A DNA stretch of 64,000 nucleotides from Nitrospinaceae bacterium (lineage in GTDB: Bacteria; Nitrospinota; Nitrospinia; Nitrospinales; Nitrospinaceae): positions 672,001-736,000 of the forward strand of contig OZ250172.1 of assembly GCA_965237905.1 (NCBI GenBank). Direction: 5' to 3'. Within the stretch, counting starts at the first letter, position 1; each line of letters starts with the position of its first letter. Positions 18,846-28,853 of this stretch are shown here, in pieces. The notes under the pieces are model-generated. The model had not been told where the DNA came from. It worked only from the letters and a program-made list of their open reading frames with translations, and made no database searches. The position numbers and the translations under genes are program-made.

Positions 18846-19751
18846 TCACGATGATTTTAACTGCTTTAAAAATTTCTTTTTGGATTCCTTAAAAATCTGA
18901 TGAGGGATATGCATGGCCTTGGTGATGCGGCGGACCTCTTCATTTTCTTCGTGCGAAATACTGCCGTCAGCCACAGCGATGGCCCAGAAGCAATCGACCG
19001 CACTCACCCGATCCTTGTAGGACACGCGGCTGTTGAACTCGGTAACGACTTCATGAAAATCGAATCCGTGCCGCGCCTGCTCTTCAATGACCTCGAACAA
19101 CAACTTCTGCTCTCCGGCGGAAAATTCAAACCGTTCCTTCAGGATTTGCTGGAGCGCCTTTCTTTCTTCTTCGTGAAAATGATCGTCCACCTGCGCCACC
19201 GAAGCCAGCAGAGCTCCGAACAGACAAATGAAGTAAACATTATCGTTTTCGAGATCGAACTTCTGGCCCGATCCTTTCATTTTCAATTCCAGCTTTTTGA
19301 GGATCGTGTTCTTAAAGTATCGGTTGACGGCGGGATTTTTTTCATGGGCCGGTTTGAAAATGGTGGCCTGAAAGAAATTGCGTACCTTTCCGAACGACCG
19401 CCTGGTAAACGAGGTTTTCTTGAGCATGCGGATGAATTCCTCTACCAGCTCGTTTTCCTCGGTTTTCATATCGCGATGGGCGTTGGCAATCGATTCCAGC
19501 TCAGTGATGATTTCATCCTTTTCTTTTTGGGAGCTGAGCTCCGCCGCCAACTGCTTGAACAAGTGCTCCTGTTCTTTTTTGGGAATCGGCGCCAGGAGGT
19601 AAGGGTTGAGTTGCCGGATATCATCTTTTTCCAGGCCAAATTTCCGGTAGAACTTTTTCAGGACGTTCTTTTCCGATTCAGTCATTTCGCCGTCGGCCCA
19701 GGCGATCACCGCCAGCACTTTCAGAAAGGTTAGATGTTTAAACGAAGGCAT
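18846..19751 (-). CDS. TerB family protein (multi-domain)
   Basis: IAWADGEMTESE, VAQVDDHFHEEE and IAVADGSISHEE TerB-type motifs. Confidence 0.85.
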   Translation of the reverse strand: MPSFKHLTFLKVLAVIAWADGEMTESEKNVLKKFYRKFGLEKDDIRQLNPYLLAPIPKKEQEHLFKQLAAELSSQKEKDEIITELESIANAHRDMKTEENELVEEFIRMLKKTSFTRRSFGKVRNFFQATIFKPAHEKNPAVNRYFKNTILKKLELKMKGSGQKFDLENDNVYFICLFGALLASVAQVDDHFHEEERKALQQILKERFEFSAGEQKLLFEVIEEQARHGFDFHEVVTEFNSRVSYKDRVSAVDCFWAIAVADGSISHEENEEVRRITKAMHIPHQIFKESKKKFLKQLKSS

Positions 19752-19769
19752 AATTTTTTTCCTGTCACT

Positions 19770-21020
19770 TTATTCGAAGGTATTGATCCACAGCACACCG
19801 CGCCCTTCCCTTTTGGCGTATGCGAAAATATCCAGAAAGGAATCCCGATTGATGTCGGCAAAGGTCAACGCGTGAAACTTGTCATTGAAGGGAAGCCGGC
19901 GGCGGGACTCTTTCCAGAACCGCCACTTGCCCAGCCCCCTCAAATAATGAATTCCATTTTCGCTCAACAAAAGGATATCGGGAAACTCACTGCCGTTGGC
20001 ATCCAGCAGATACACCGCCTGAAAAGCGACCTTGGGAGACGCCTTGAACGCGGCCTTCTTAAAATACCCTCGCCCGTGATTGACCAGGAAATAACTGTAT
20101 TCTCCCGCCGACAGCTCCTCCCGGTTGACCACCAACAAATCATTGTCGCCATCCTGATCGAAATCGGCCCAATCCGCATGAGCGCTCCGGTCCCTGATGG
20201 CGGGAAGCAGTTCCGAGGTCCGGTCCGCAAACTGTCCCAGGCCGTTGTTGATCAACAGGGAATTTTGTCCCTCGCCGTTGATCATGAAGATGTCCAAGGT
20301 CTTGTCGCCGTCATAATCGGCGAAGGAAGTGCCAACGATTCCCGGTTTCAACGGAGGCATCAACAACTGTGTGGCATCGCGAAACTGCCCTTTCCCGTTG
20401 TTGATCATAAATTGAGTCTGGTACTTGTGGAGCTTTCCCTGGTTATTCAAAACCCGTTGTCCGGTAAAAAGCAAATCGACGTGACCGTCTTCATCTATAT
20501 CCCTCATATCAACCCGGTCCATCCCCCGGTTCACGTAGGGAAAAGGAATTTCCTTCTTCGTGTAAAAATAACCTTTGCCGTTATTGAACAAAAATTTAGC
20601 CGCCGTGCCGTCGCTGAACCGGCCCACCAACACCAGATCCTGTACCCTGTCGTGATCCACATCCTGCAAGGCCATGAACAAAATCTGATCGGAGGGCTGT
20701 CCCTCCCATCCCACTCGCTTGACAGGAACAAATTTTTCACCTGCTTTATTATTCCATACCCGGATTACCGGTTGGCCCCGATCGCCGGTTCGCAGCAGAA
20801 CCAGGTCCAGCAATACATCCCGGTTGATATACGCCAATTGTGCTTTCAATATTCCCGGCTCCAAATCCGGCAAGTAGACTCGGGTCTGATCCTTGTACTT
20901 TTGAAGCTTCGGGTCTTCACCAAATACCGAACCCTTACCGCAGGCCACGCAAAAAAACGCCAGCAAACACACCAGCGCCGAAAACCTGAAAATTATTTTT
21001 ATTTGGGAAATTGATTTCAT
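19770..21020 (-). CDS. FG-GAP/VCBS repeat lipoprotein
   Basis: Repeated D.D.DG..D(L/I) motifs with NNG.G.F, and lipobox-like CVAC. Confidence 0.85.
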   Translation of the reverse strand: MKSISQIKIIFRFSALVCLLAFFCVACGKGSVFGEDPKLQKYKDQTRVYLPDLEPGILKAQLAYINRDVLLDLVLLRTGDRGQPVIRVWNNKAGEKFVPVKRVGWEGQPSDQILFMALQDVDHDRVQDLVLVGRFSDGTAAKFLFNNGKGYFYTKKEIPFPYVNRGMDRVDMRDIDEDGHVDLLFTGQRVLNNQGKLHKYQTQFMINNGKGQFRDATQLLMPPLKPGIVGTSFADYDGDKTLDIFMINGEGQNSLLINNGLGQFADRTSELLPAIRDRSAHADWADFDQDGDNDLLVVNREELSAGEYSYFLVNHGRGYFKKAAFKASPKVAFQAVYLLDANGSEFPDILLLSENGIHYLRGLGKWRFWKESRRRLPFNDKFHALTFADINRDSFLDIFAYAKREGRGVLWINTFE

Positions 21021-21760
21021 CAAATGTTCAGACAGACACCGCCCAATGTTTTCTGGAATCCCTCTTGCAAGGCGGCGCTGATCTCTTCAAAAGAAAATTT
21101 TCGGTCACAAACCTGATTCAACGTGGTGGTTGAATGGATCAAACGGTGTTGCATGGCCATTCTCTCACTCTCATCACCAAACTTTAACAAAGACGCAAAC
21201 AACTCGTGATCGGATTCGATGATCAAAGACCCGTGCTGTAAAAACGCCTTCGAAGTCCTTTTCTGAGCGCTCCCCACCAGCTTTTTGCCATCGATGGTGA
21301 TTTCGCAATGGTTGAGTGATGCAAAACAGGCCGGAGACCGCGCAAACCCAGACCGTTGTTTGCCTGTATTGATGTCGCCCTGAATTCCCAGACCGTCCAG
21401 CCCGGACAACAATGCTTCGCTGACAGCGCCGAAGGTCGCCTTCAACCCCCGGTTGAACGGAGACAACGACACCGGCGCCACCACCGCATAGGTCAACTCC
21501 CGGTGATGCAGAAGAGCGCGCCCACCCGTCGGCCGCCGGACAATGGCAATACCCAGCTCCCGGCAACGCTCGATGTCCAGCTCCTCTTCGGCTTTTTGCG
21601 AATACCCGACAGTGATCGCGGGTTCGGACCATCCATACAACCGCACGGTGGGAGGAATCCGGCCCTGTTCGCAGTCGGCCAATAACGCCGTATCCACCTG
21701 CATATTCCATTTCGCTGGGTGGTGACCATCGGATATCCAACGCCATTCATTATGAAGCAT
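21020..21760 (-). CDS. Lipoate-protein ligase A / octanoyltransferase LipM family
   Basis: NMQVDTALL, VRRPTGGRALLH, KKLVGSAQ and LQHGS. Confidence 0.92.
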   Translation of the reverse strand: MLHNEWRWISDGHHPAKWNMQVDTALLADCEQGRIPPTVRLYGWSEPAITVGYSQKAEEELDIERCRELGIAIVRRPTGGRALLHHRELTYAVVAPVSLSPFNRGLKATFGAVSEALLSGLDGLGIQGDINTGKQRSGFARSPACFASLNHCEITIDGKKLVGSAQKRTSKAFLQHGSLIIESDHELFASLLKFGDESERMAMQHRLIHSTTTLNQVCDRKFSFEEISAALQEGFQKTLGGVCLNI

Positions 21761-21902
21761 TCTTTTCCTTTATTGAGATTTACCTTTTGACTCTATCGGG
21801 TGCATTCTATAAAATTTTTTGATAGCCTATTCCAAGGCTTCACTCGGCCCTAAACGTTCAGTGCGTCCTATTGTCAACCAAATCAGAGGAAATTTCAAAA
21901 GA

Positions 21903-22943
21903 ATGCGCAGTTACTATTGTTTGACTTGGGGTTGTGTGCTTTTCGCGATGGCGTTTCCAAAGCCGGTAGCGGCGTTCGAGCATCTGCGGGATCCTCTCCA
22001 TCAGAAGGTGACTTGTGAAACCGCCTGCCACTTGCCGGAAAATATAAAGCAGGCCCGCATCGAAAAAACCCAAAAGGCCGAATGCGCCTCCTGCCACCAG
22101 GGAGGCTTGCCGCTGGAAACCTTGAGTCCTTTCCAGACCCCGGACCCCTTTCTATTGCCGGAAAACCAACGACCGAACCAGCGTTTTCTGTCGCCGCGGC
22201 CCCCGGTTCTTGCCGGACAAATAATGGCATCTTCCAAAATCCGAAAATCGAAAAAAAACCCGCAGACCCCGGGAATGGTTTTTATCGACTCCGGGGAATT
22301 CATTATGGGATCCAACGAACGCTGGGATGACGAGTCGCCTGAACACATCAACAAGACCGGCGCATTTTACATTGATCTCTATGAAGTAGCCAACCAGGAT
22401 TACAAAAAATTTGTGGACGCCACGAAACGTAAACCGCCGCACCACTGGGCTCAGGACAATATTCCCAAAGGCAAGGAAGATCACCCGGTCACCTATGTCA
22501 GTTGGTTCGACGCGAACGATTATTGCCAATGGACCGGCAAACGCCTGCCCAACGAGGAGGAATGGGAAAAAGCCGCGCGTGGAGAAGCTGGCAGTATCTA
22601 TCCCTGGGGCAACCTCTGGTCATTGGACAAATCCAACAACCCGTACAAACATTCCACTGGAACGGAACCGATAGGATCCTACCCCGGCGGTCGGAGTGTC
22701 TACGGATTATATGACATGTCGGGTAACGTGTGGGAGTGGGTGGATGCCTACTACCTGCCGCATCCCGGCAACACCATCCCAAAACCGGAGTACGGCAAGG
22801 ACAAACGTGTGCTGAAAGGCGGCTCATGGTTCGACTGTCTGTCGTACGGATGCGGGCTCAGCGCACCCACCTTCAACCGCAGTTTTTTCAATCCCGAGGT
22901 GAAGAACAACAGCTTCGGTTTCCGCTGCGCGAAGAACCCCTGA
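21903..22943 (+). CDS. Formylglycine-generating enzyme (SUMF1) family protein with N-terminal c-type haem motifs
   Basis: Signal peptide, CETACH and CASCH, then FGE motifs FIMGS, HPVTYVSWFDA, RLPNEEEWEKAARG, GLYDMSGNVWEW, KGGSW and GFRCAK. Confidence 0.9.
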   Translation: MRSYYCLTWGCVLFAMAFPKPVAAFEHLRDPLHQKVTCETACHLPENIKQARIEKTQKAECASCHQGGLPLETLSPFQTPDPFLLPENQRPNQRFLSPRPPVLAGQIMASSKIRKSKKNPQTPGMVFIDSGEFIMGSNERWDDESPEHINKTGAFYIDLYEVANQDYKKFVDATKRKPPHHWAQDNIPKGKEDHPVTYVSWFDANDYCQWTGKRLPNEEEWEKAARGEAGSIYPWGNLWSLDKSNNPYKHSTGTEPIGSYPGGRSVYGLYDMSGNVWEWVDAYYLPHPGNTIPKPEYGKDKRVLKGGSWFDCLSYGCGLSAPTFNRSFFNPEVKNNSFGFRCAKNP

Positions 22944-23080
22944 CGTTGCCATGTCTTCTCCCCCCAATCCCAATAAACAACATTCCCCCCTGGGTCGACG
23001 CATTCTCCTCTGGGTACTCCTTATTGCGTTTTGGTTGCTTTACTTTTGGTGGCGCGAATCGCCCTGATCCGATTATACGA

Positions 23081-23908
23081 TTATTGAGGAAGCTTGCCAA
23101 ATCTGTTGCGGTTGAGGTTTTCATTACCATTCATCAGATCCAAACGGTGTTTGGCGGGAGCCAGAGTCACCTGGGTATTGGGCTTGGAGGATAGGTAAAC
23201 CTGCGTCTCCGGAATCGGAGAGAGTTCCAACCGGGTTTCAAAAGCAGGCGAATGTCCGGGGGGCGTGGCATCTGCCGGAAGCTCATGAGCAAACCCGGTG
23301 GCCCTGCTGTGAAAAATAAGAGGCTTCCGGCTTTTGAAAGGCCCGGCCATCGGCTCCAGATGCTCCGACGCTTTGGAATAGGGTTTTAAAGCAACGGTAG
23401 GAAAATAATACGACGCATCATCGAGATGAACGGTGCCCGGTGGTGCCATCCCCTCTGCCGCCACGCCAAACCCTTTGCCCGCCCGCACCCAATGTTTATC
23501 GGCAAGCGTCCACGAGTTCGTGTGGGTGTTACCCTCCGAACTTTTCCGGGTTTTGGACTCCTTCAGTAAGGCGGGCAAAAATTCATAGCGTTGGACCGCA
23601 CCGTAAGCGCGGTCCTGTGAATAGTTTTTCATCCCTGACAAAGCAATGTGTTGAGTGGCCGGCATTGGATTCGTCGATTGACCGGGATGATCCGGGTTCT
23701 GTTCAGCCAACAATCCAGTGGCCGCACCCGGCGCTTCGGGGAGAACGAGATCACTGCGCAGTTCCACCTGAGCGGCCCCGACCTCCACGGGTTCCCGGGT
23801 CTCCTGCGAACAGGCGAAACCGGCCCATCCGGCAAGCAACAACAGCCCATAACGGGTCCACGTCAATTTTCCCATCACCATGCCCCAAAAATTCAAAAAA
23901 TTTGACAC
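23081..23908 (-). CDS. Hypothetical exported protein
   Basis: Longest ORF in the gap, signal/lipobox-like N-terminus (LLLLAGWAGFAC), Pro/Ser-rich, no recognisable family. Start uncertain. Confidence 0.45.
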   Translation of the reverse strand: MSNFLNFWGMVMGKLTWTRYGLLLLAGWAGFACSQETREPVEVGAAQVELRSDLVLPEAPGAATGLLAEQNPDHPGQSTNPMPATQHIALSGMKNYSQDRAYGAVQRYEFLPALLKESKTRKSSEGNTHTNSWTLADKHWVRAGKGFGVAAEGMAPPGTVHLDDASYYFPTVALKPYSKASEHLEPMAGPFKSRKPLIFHSRATGFAHELPADATPPGHSPAFETRLELSPIPETQVYLSSKPNTQVTLAPAKHRLDLMNGNENLNRNRFGKLPQ

Positions 23909-23949
23909 CTGCTGAGAGCAAACTCCAGCTATTTATTAAGTTAACGCAT

Positions 23950-23965
23950 TGGTACGAAGATTGCT
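23950..23965 (+). promoter_or_regulatory. Sigma-54 (-24/-12) promoter
   Basis: TGGTACG-AAGA-TTGCT is one mismatch from TGGCACG-N4-TTGCW and lies about 55 bp upstream of ORF 24019. Confidence 0.7.
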
Positions 23966-24018
23966 TTTATTTTTTAAAATGAATTTAACCCTAACTGGAA
24001 TGGGAAGGATGGGCTTGA

Positions 24019-24297
24019 ATGGACCTGATGAAAGGGGAACTTAGAAGCTATTTGGATCCCACAGCTCTCCGGATTTTGAAAAAGCGTCTGGTTTCCGGAA
24101 AAATCACGCCTCAGGTGTTCAAAGACATTTTGAAGCGGCAAATGGTCAAGTATTTTTTCCAGACTTACCGGCACCCTCTGATAGAATCCTGGCAAAACTG
24201 GCGGCGACCTGCCAAAAAGCGGGTGGGAGATAACAGGAGCACAACGGCGCAATCCAAGAAAGATCAGTTCGAGATATACCATCACAAACAGTTTTGA
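24019..24297 (+). CDS. Small basic hypothetical protein
   Basis: 92-aa ORF downstream of the sigma-54 motif. Confidence 0.55.
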   Translation: MDLMKGELRSYLDPTALRILKKRLVSGKITPQVFKDILKRQMVKYFFQTYRHPLIESWQNWRRPAKKRVGDNRSTTAQSKKDQFEIYHHKQF

Positions 24298-24460
24298 CTT
24301 CTCTCCCGGATCGTCTTGTCCCGGAATTCGCTCTACTCCCGGTCGGCCCACCCGTCTCCAATTTTTTTATTCTCTAAAAGTCGCTTCTGTTGCTACAATG
24401 GCCCCCGCCCAGGCTGAAATGGGGAATATTCATATAACCACTAACACACCTTTATTGACA

Positions 24461-25543
24461 ATGAATTGGGAAGACCTCACACAACTCGTTACCCAGAAGA
24501 ATAGTTATATTCTGCAAGCGTTCCTGGTCGTTTTCGCTGCTCTGATCCTGGATTTTGTCCAGAGAAAAGTTCTGAATCGGTTACATCTGAAGGCGGAGAA
24601 AACCAAGAGAATCTGGGACGATGCGATCATCGATTCCATCAAAAAACCGATCTCCCTGATCATCTGGGCGGCAGGACTTTACCTGGCGGCGGAAATCATT
24701 CAGGAAGCCACCGGTGCAGTGATCTTCGATGCAGTCGGGCCTTTGCGGGATACGATGATTATCGGCGCCATTGCCTGGTTCCTGGTCCGCCTGATCAAGC
24801 ACGGTGAACAGAAATTTGTTGAAGGGGAAAAGAAAGTTGACCCGACCACGGTCGACGCCATATCCAAACTGTTAAAAGTTTCCGTAGTCATCACCTCGCT
24901 TTTGGTGGTCCTGCAAACGATGGGATTCAGTATTTCGGGGGTACTGGCCTTTGGCGGCATCGGCGGGGTCGCGGTGGGGTTTGCCGCGAAGGACCTGCTG
25001 GCCAATTTTTTCGGCGGACTGACGATTTATCTGGACCGCCCCTTCGCAGTGGGAGACTGGATTCGCTCGCCGGACCGCAACATCGAAGGCACAGTGGAGC
25101 AAATCGGCTGGCGCTTGACGCGCATTCGCACGTTTGACAAACGTCCCCTCTATGTTCCCAACTCCACGTTCACTACCATTGCCGTGGAGAACCCGTCACG
25201 CATGCTCAACCGGCGCATCAAGGAAACCATAGGCATTCGTTACGACGACGCAGGAAAAATGGAAGCGATTGTCCACAAGGTCAGGGATATGCTGATGAAC
25301 CATCCGGAAATCGACACCGGCAAAACGCTGATCGTCAATTTCAATGCGTTCGCCCCCTCTTCGCTGGACTTTTTCATCTACACGTTTACCAAAACCACCG
25401 ACTGGATCCAATTCCATGAAATCAAGCAGGACGTGATGCTGAAAATTATCGACATCATCGAAAAAGAAGAAGCCGAGTGCGCTTTCCCCACCTCCACCAT
25501 CCACCTGGCCGACAAGGATATCTTCAAAAATTTGAACTCATAA
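24461..25543 (+). CDS. Small-conductance mechanosensitive channel (MscS/YnaI-like)
   Basis: GGIGGVAVGFAAKDLLANFFGG, DRPFAVGDWI, GTVEQIGWR, YVPNS and AFPTSTIH. Confidence 0.95.
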   Translation: MNWEDLTQLVTQKNSYILQAFLVVFAALILDFVQRKVLNRLHLKAEKTKRIWDDAIIDSIKKPISLIIWAAGLYLAAEIIQEATGAVIFDAVGPLRDTMIIGAIAWFLVRLIKHGEQKFVEGEKKVDPTTVDAISKLLKVSVVITSLLVVLQTMGFSISGVLAFGGIGGVAVGFAAKDLLANFFGGLTIYLDRPFAVGDWIRSPDRNIEGTVEQIGWRLTRIRTFDKRPLYVPNSTFTTIAVENPSRMLNRRIKETIGIRYDDAGKMEAIVHKVRDMLMNHPEIDTGKTLIVNFNAFAPSSLDFFIYTFTKTTDWIQFHEIKQDVMLKIIDIIEKEEAECAFPTSTIHLADKDIFKNLNS

Positions 25544-25556
25544 ATTCAAACCCTCC

Positions 25557-27092
25557 TCATGCTTCTTTTTTCCGAGTTTTCCTATTAAAGTAAATGGACC
25601 CGGCAACGAAAGCCAATAGTGCAATCAGTGAAATCAGATAGGATATCTGAACAGCAGGAACATAGTACCCTTCCACCGATTTGGCCCAATCCGAGATGGG
25701 TTCTATCCTTTGCAGGAGTCCCGAGGATAACTTAATTCTTGAAGCATGCGCATACCAAACCGAAGAATGCTCCATCAGAAAGATACCTTCATAAACAATC
25801 CCCGCAACAGCCAGAATCTGAATGCCCCAACCAGGTCGTAAACGGTCAAATGTTTTTTGCATCCAGATACAAGACAGGGTCAGCAAAATCAAAAGAGGAA
25901 GAATCAGAAACCGGGAGGGCGTTCTTTCAACGGAGATCAAGGGTAAGGGGAGGTGAGCGATAAACCCAAAAATGGCACCGAAGGAAAAAACTGCGATTAA
26001 CAGCATGGGTATGTTGAGGATCCGGTAATCCGTCAATACCTCCGTCTCCCTCCATCGTTTCCAGAGTCCGAAATACAACAGGAACCCCAACCCCAGAATG
26101 GATATATAGTGATCCACCTCCCACCAGGGCATTGAAACCTTTTCGCTATACCTCATATCCAGTATTACATCCTGGCTTTGGTAAATGCTGGTCAACGCAC
26201 TCCAAAGAACCGAAAAAGAGGGGAAACCATACATGAATGGATTTTTATAGTCCCAGAAAGTAATAGACGCCGGCAGTATTCGGTACATGGAAAATACCAG
26301 AGTTAAACCCACTCCGGTCAATACCGGCTTCCAATATCGCTTCTGAAACGGGCATAAGAGAAGCAAGAACAACAGGCACCATACAAAAGGGTGCAACCCT
26401 CCAAACAAAAGAATTCCGAATAACACAAACGTCAACCTGGCCGGCCGGCTTCCTAAATCATCCCCTTCCACCAAACTCAAAACCCAACCCACAAAAAAAG
26501 GCAACAAGAAATAAGCGGTCCAGGACCAATGGCCCACCGCCAAATGTGAGGTGATATGGCCATTAAAGTTGAACAGGAGAAAGAAAGCGACAAACGAAAC
26601 CGACGACCATTGGTATTTTCTTTTGAGCCACAAGCAGCTCAAAAAACCCAGCGAATAAACAAATATTAATTGCGTAAGAAAAAAATCCTCAACGCTCAAA
26701 AATTTTAATAAATAAATAGTAGGAAATAAATCCGTCGCGGGAATAGCGAGAAACTGATTGGTTCCCTTATAAGTATATGGCATGAAATAAGGGATGCTTT
26801 TCTCAATCAGGGCATTTTGAGTGACCTGGTAAAAATCATAAAACATTTGCCAATCAATGTATCGGTACTGAACCTTCCCATAATTGATCAGCCAGGCCCA
26901 ATGAAACATGCCTCCTAGATAGGCAATACCCATGACCAGATAATTTCCGGCTTTGGATACCAGAGTTCCCGAGGGGGGACGAAACAAAAACTCAAACAAC
27001 CCGTTTTTCAAATTCTGTTGCGATAAATAAAACTTCTCTCTTAATGAACCGGTTTGTGTATTTATTTTTAACAGCATTGGGAACTTTTTCAT
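25557..27092 (-). CDS. Polytopic membrane protein, GT-C/YfhO-like (paralogue 1)
   Basis: Many TM segments, DW...IPYFMPY..G..QFLA.P pattern resembling the GT-C first loop, AT-rich, paralogous to the next gene. Confidence 0.7.
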   Translation of the reverse strand: MKKFPMLLKINTQTGSLREKFYLSQQNLKNGLFEFLFRPPSGTLVSKAGNYLVMGIAYLGGMFHWAWLINYGKVQYRYIDWQMFYDFYQVTQNALIEKSIPYFMPYTYKGTNQFLAIPATDLFPTIYLLKFLSVEDFFLTQLIFVYSLGFLSCLWLKRKYQWSSVSFVAFFLLFNFNGHITSHLAVGHWSWTAYFLLPFFVGWVLSLVEGDDLGSRPARLTFVLFGILLFGGLHPFVWCLLFLLLLCPFQKRYWKPVLTGVGLTLVFSMYRILPASITFWDYKNPFMYGFPSFSVLWSALTSIYQSQDVILDMRYSEKVSMPWWEVDHYISILGLGFLLYFGLWKRWRETEVLTDYRILNIPMLLIAVFSFGAIFGFIAHLPLPLISVERTPSRFLILPLLILLTLSCIWMQKTFDRLRPGWGIQILAVAGIVYEGIFLMEHSSVWYAHASRIKLSSGLLQRIEPISDWAKSVEGYYVPAVQISYLISLIALLAFVAGSIYFNRKTRKKEA

Positions 27093-27095
27093 TTA

Positions 27096-28619
27096 TTAAG
27101 GCCTGCTACCCTTTTCAAGAGCCGGGCGCTTCATTTTGAAATAAAGGGCTCCTGCGAAGAATGCAACCAGTGCAATCAGTGAAATCAGATAGGATATTTG
27201 AACAGCAGGAACATAGTACCCTTCCACCGATTTGGCCCAACTTGAAAAGGTGTCGAACATGGGGATAATTACGTCCGCTAACGTGTCACCCCATACCTTG
27301 ACTTGCCAGATGGAAGAATGCTCTATAAACAAAAATCCATGAATGGAAATACCCGTCAGCGCAATACACATGACCCACCAACTTGCAGATAACCGATTAA
27401 ACATCTGCTGCATCCAAATACAGGAAATCACCAGCAGAACCAGCAGAGGAACAATCAAAAATCGGGAAGAAACCCTTTCAACCGAGATAAAGGGGATGGG
27501 AACCAAAGTAAACAACTTAAAAAGACTGCCAAAAGTAAGGACGGTTAAAACCAGCATAGGAATATTGAGTACGCGGTAATCGTTAATGCGCCATTCGCTT
27601 TTTTTGGTCAGCCGTAGGAAAATTCCAAAATAGGCCATGGCAACCAACCCAATAATCCCAATATAATGATCCACCTCCCACCAGGGTGCGGTACCCTCCG
27701 GCCCAAAACCCAGGGTCAGCATATTTTCCTGCCCTTTAACAGAGGCCAGGGCTTTCCAAAAAATGGAAAACGAAGGGAACCCCGAAATAAATTCATTTGT
27801 ATAACCAAAATAGGTAATGGCCGCCGGTAATAGCCGATGCACAGAAAATACAAGAGATAACCCAACACCTATCATAACGGGTTTCCAAAATCGCTTCTGA
27901 CACAAGCATAGGAGGAGCAGGAATATCAGGCACCACACAAAAGTATGCAATCCTCCAAATAAAAGCATCGCAAAAAACACCCAGGCCAGCCGGGTTCCAT
28001 GAAGGGGAGAAACGTCTCCTTCCACCAACTTAAAAACCCACACAAGAAAAAAGGAAATCATGAAATAACTGATCCATGGCCAATGACCGATGGCAATATG
28101 CGAAACAATATGCCCGTTAAAGCTGAAAATGAGGAAAAAGAATACAAACGTAAAGAGTGACCACTGATAGGTCTTTTTAAGCCACAAACATCCTATGAAC
28201 CCCAGGGAATAAACAAATATCAATTGAAAAAGAAAAAACTCTTCTACACTCAAAAATTTCAATAAAAAAATAGTTGGAAAAAGATCGGAGGAAGGAAAAG
28301 CAAGAAACTGGTCGGTCCCCTTAAAAAAATAGGGCGTGAAGTAAGGAATGGCGTTCTCGGCCAAAGCTTTTTGAATTATTCGGTAACAATTAAAAAACAT
28401 ATCCCAGTCAAAATATTTAACATGTACCCTCCCGTAATTGATGATCCAGGCCCAATGAAAGGCTCCAATCAAATAGGCAACACCCAGGACCAGATAATTT
28501 CCGGCTTTGGATACCAGAGTTCCCGGGGGGGGACGAAACAAAAACTCAAACAACCCGTTTTTCAAATTCTGTTGGAATAAAAAAAGCTTCTCTTTTAGGG
28601 AGTTGACTTGTGTGCTCAT
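27096..28619 (-). CDS. Polytopic membrane protein, GT-C/YfhO-like (paralogue 2)
   Basis: Colinear with 25557-27092 (FNGHI.SH.A.GHW, PWWEVDHYI, SVER..SRFL). Confidence 0.7.
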   Translation of the reverse strand: MSTQVNSLKEKLFLFQQNLKNGLFEFLFRPPPGTLVSKAGNYLVLGVAYLIGAFHWAWIINYGRVHVKYFDWDMFFNCYRIIQKALAENAIPYFTPYFFKGTDQFLAFPSSDLFPTIFLLKFLSVEEFFLFQLIFVYSLGFIGCLWLKKTYQWSLFTFVFFFLIFSFNGHIVSHIAIGHWPWISYFMISFFLVWVFKLVEGDVSPLHGTRLAWVFFAMLLFGGLHTFVWCLIFLLLLCLCQKRFWKPVMIGVGLSLVFSVHRLLPAAITYFGYTNEFISGFPSFSIFWKALASVKGQENMLTLGFGPEGTAPWWEVDHYIGIIGLVAMAYFGIFLRLTKKSEWRINDYRVLNIPMLVLTVLTFGSLFKLFTLVPIPFISVERVSSRFLIVPLLVLLVISCIWMQQMFNRLSASWWVMCIALTGISIHGFLFIEHSSIWQVKVWGDTLADVIIPMFDTFSSWAKSVEGYYVPAVQISYLISLIALVAFFAGALYFKMKRPALEKGSRP

Positions 28620-28853
28620 GTATTGGAAGAATAATTCTTGTAGAGGGTTTTTCAGTAAATGGGCCCTGCTTAACCTGAACGGGGTAAAAACAATGAAAAC
28701 AAATGCTTTAAGTGTACTTAAGCAGTATAAGGCAATTTAATTTCTTTTCTCGACTTTTAACTAAATCCTTTATTTTCAATGGCTAAATGGTTCTTCTTCT
28801 TCACTGGGGAGGCTATAAATGAAATTGACAACCACGAGGGCGATTTGTAAACT

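Noticed and set aside
25557..28850. AT-rich block as a prophage or integrative element
   Set aside because: No integrase, att repeats or phage genes seen, only two membrane-protein paralogues.
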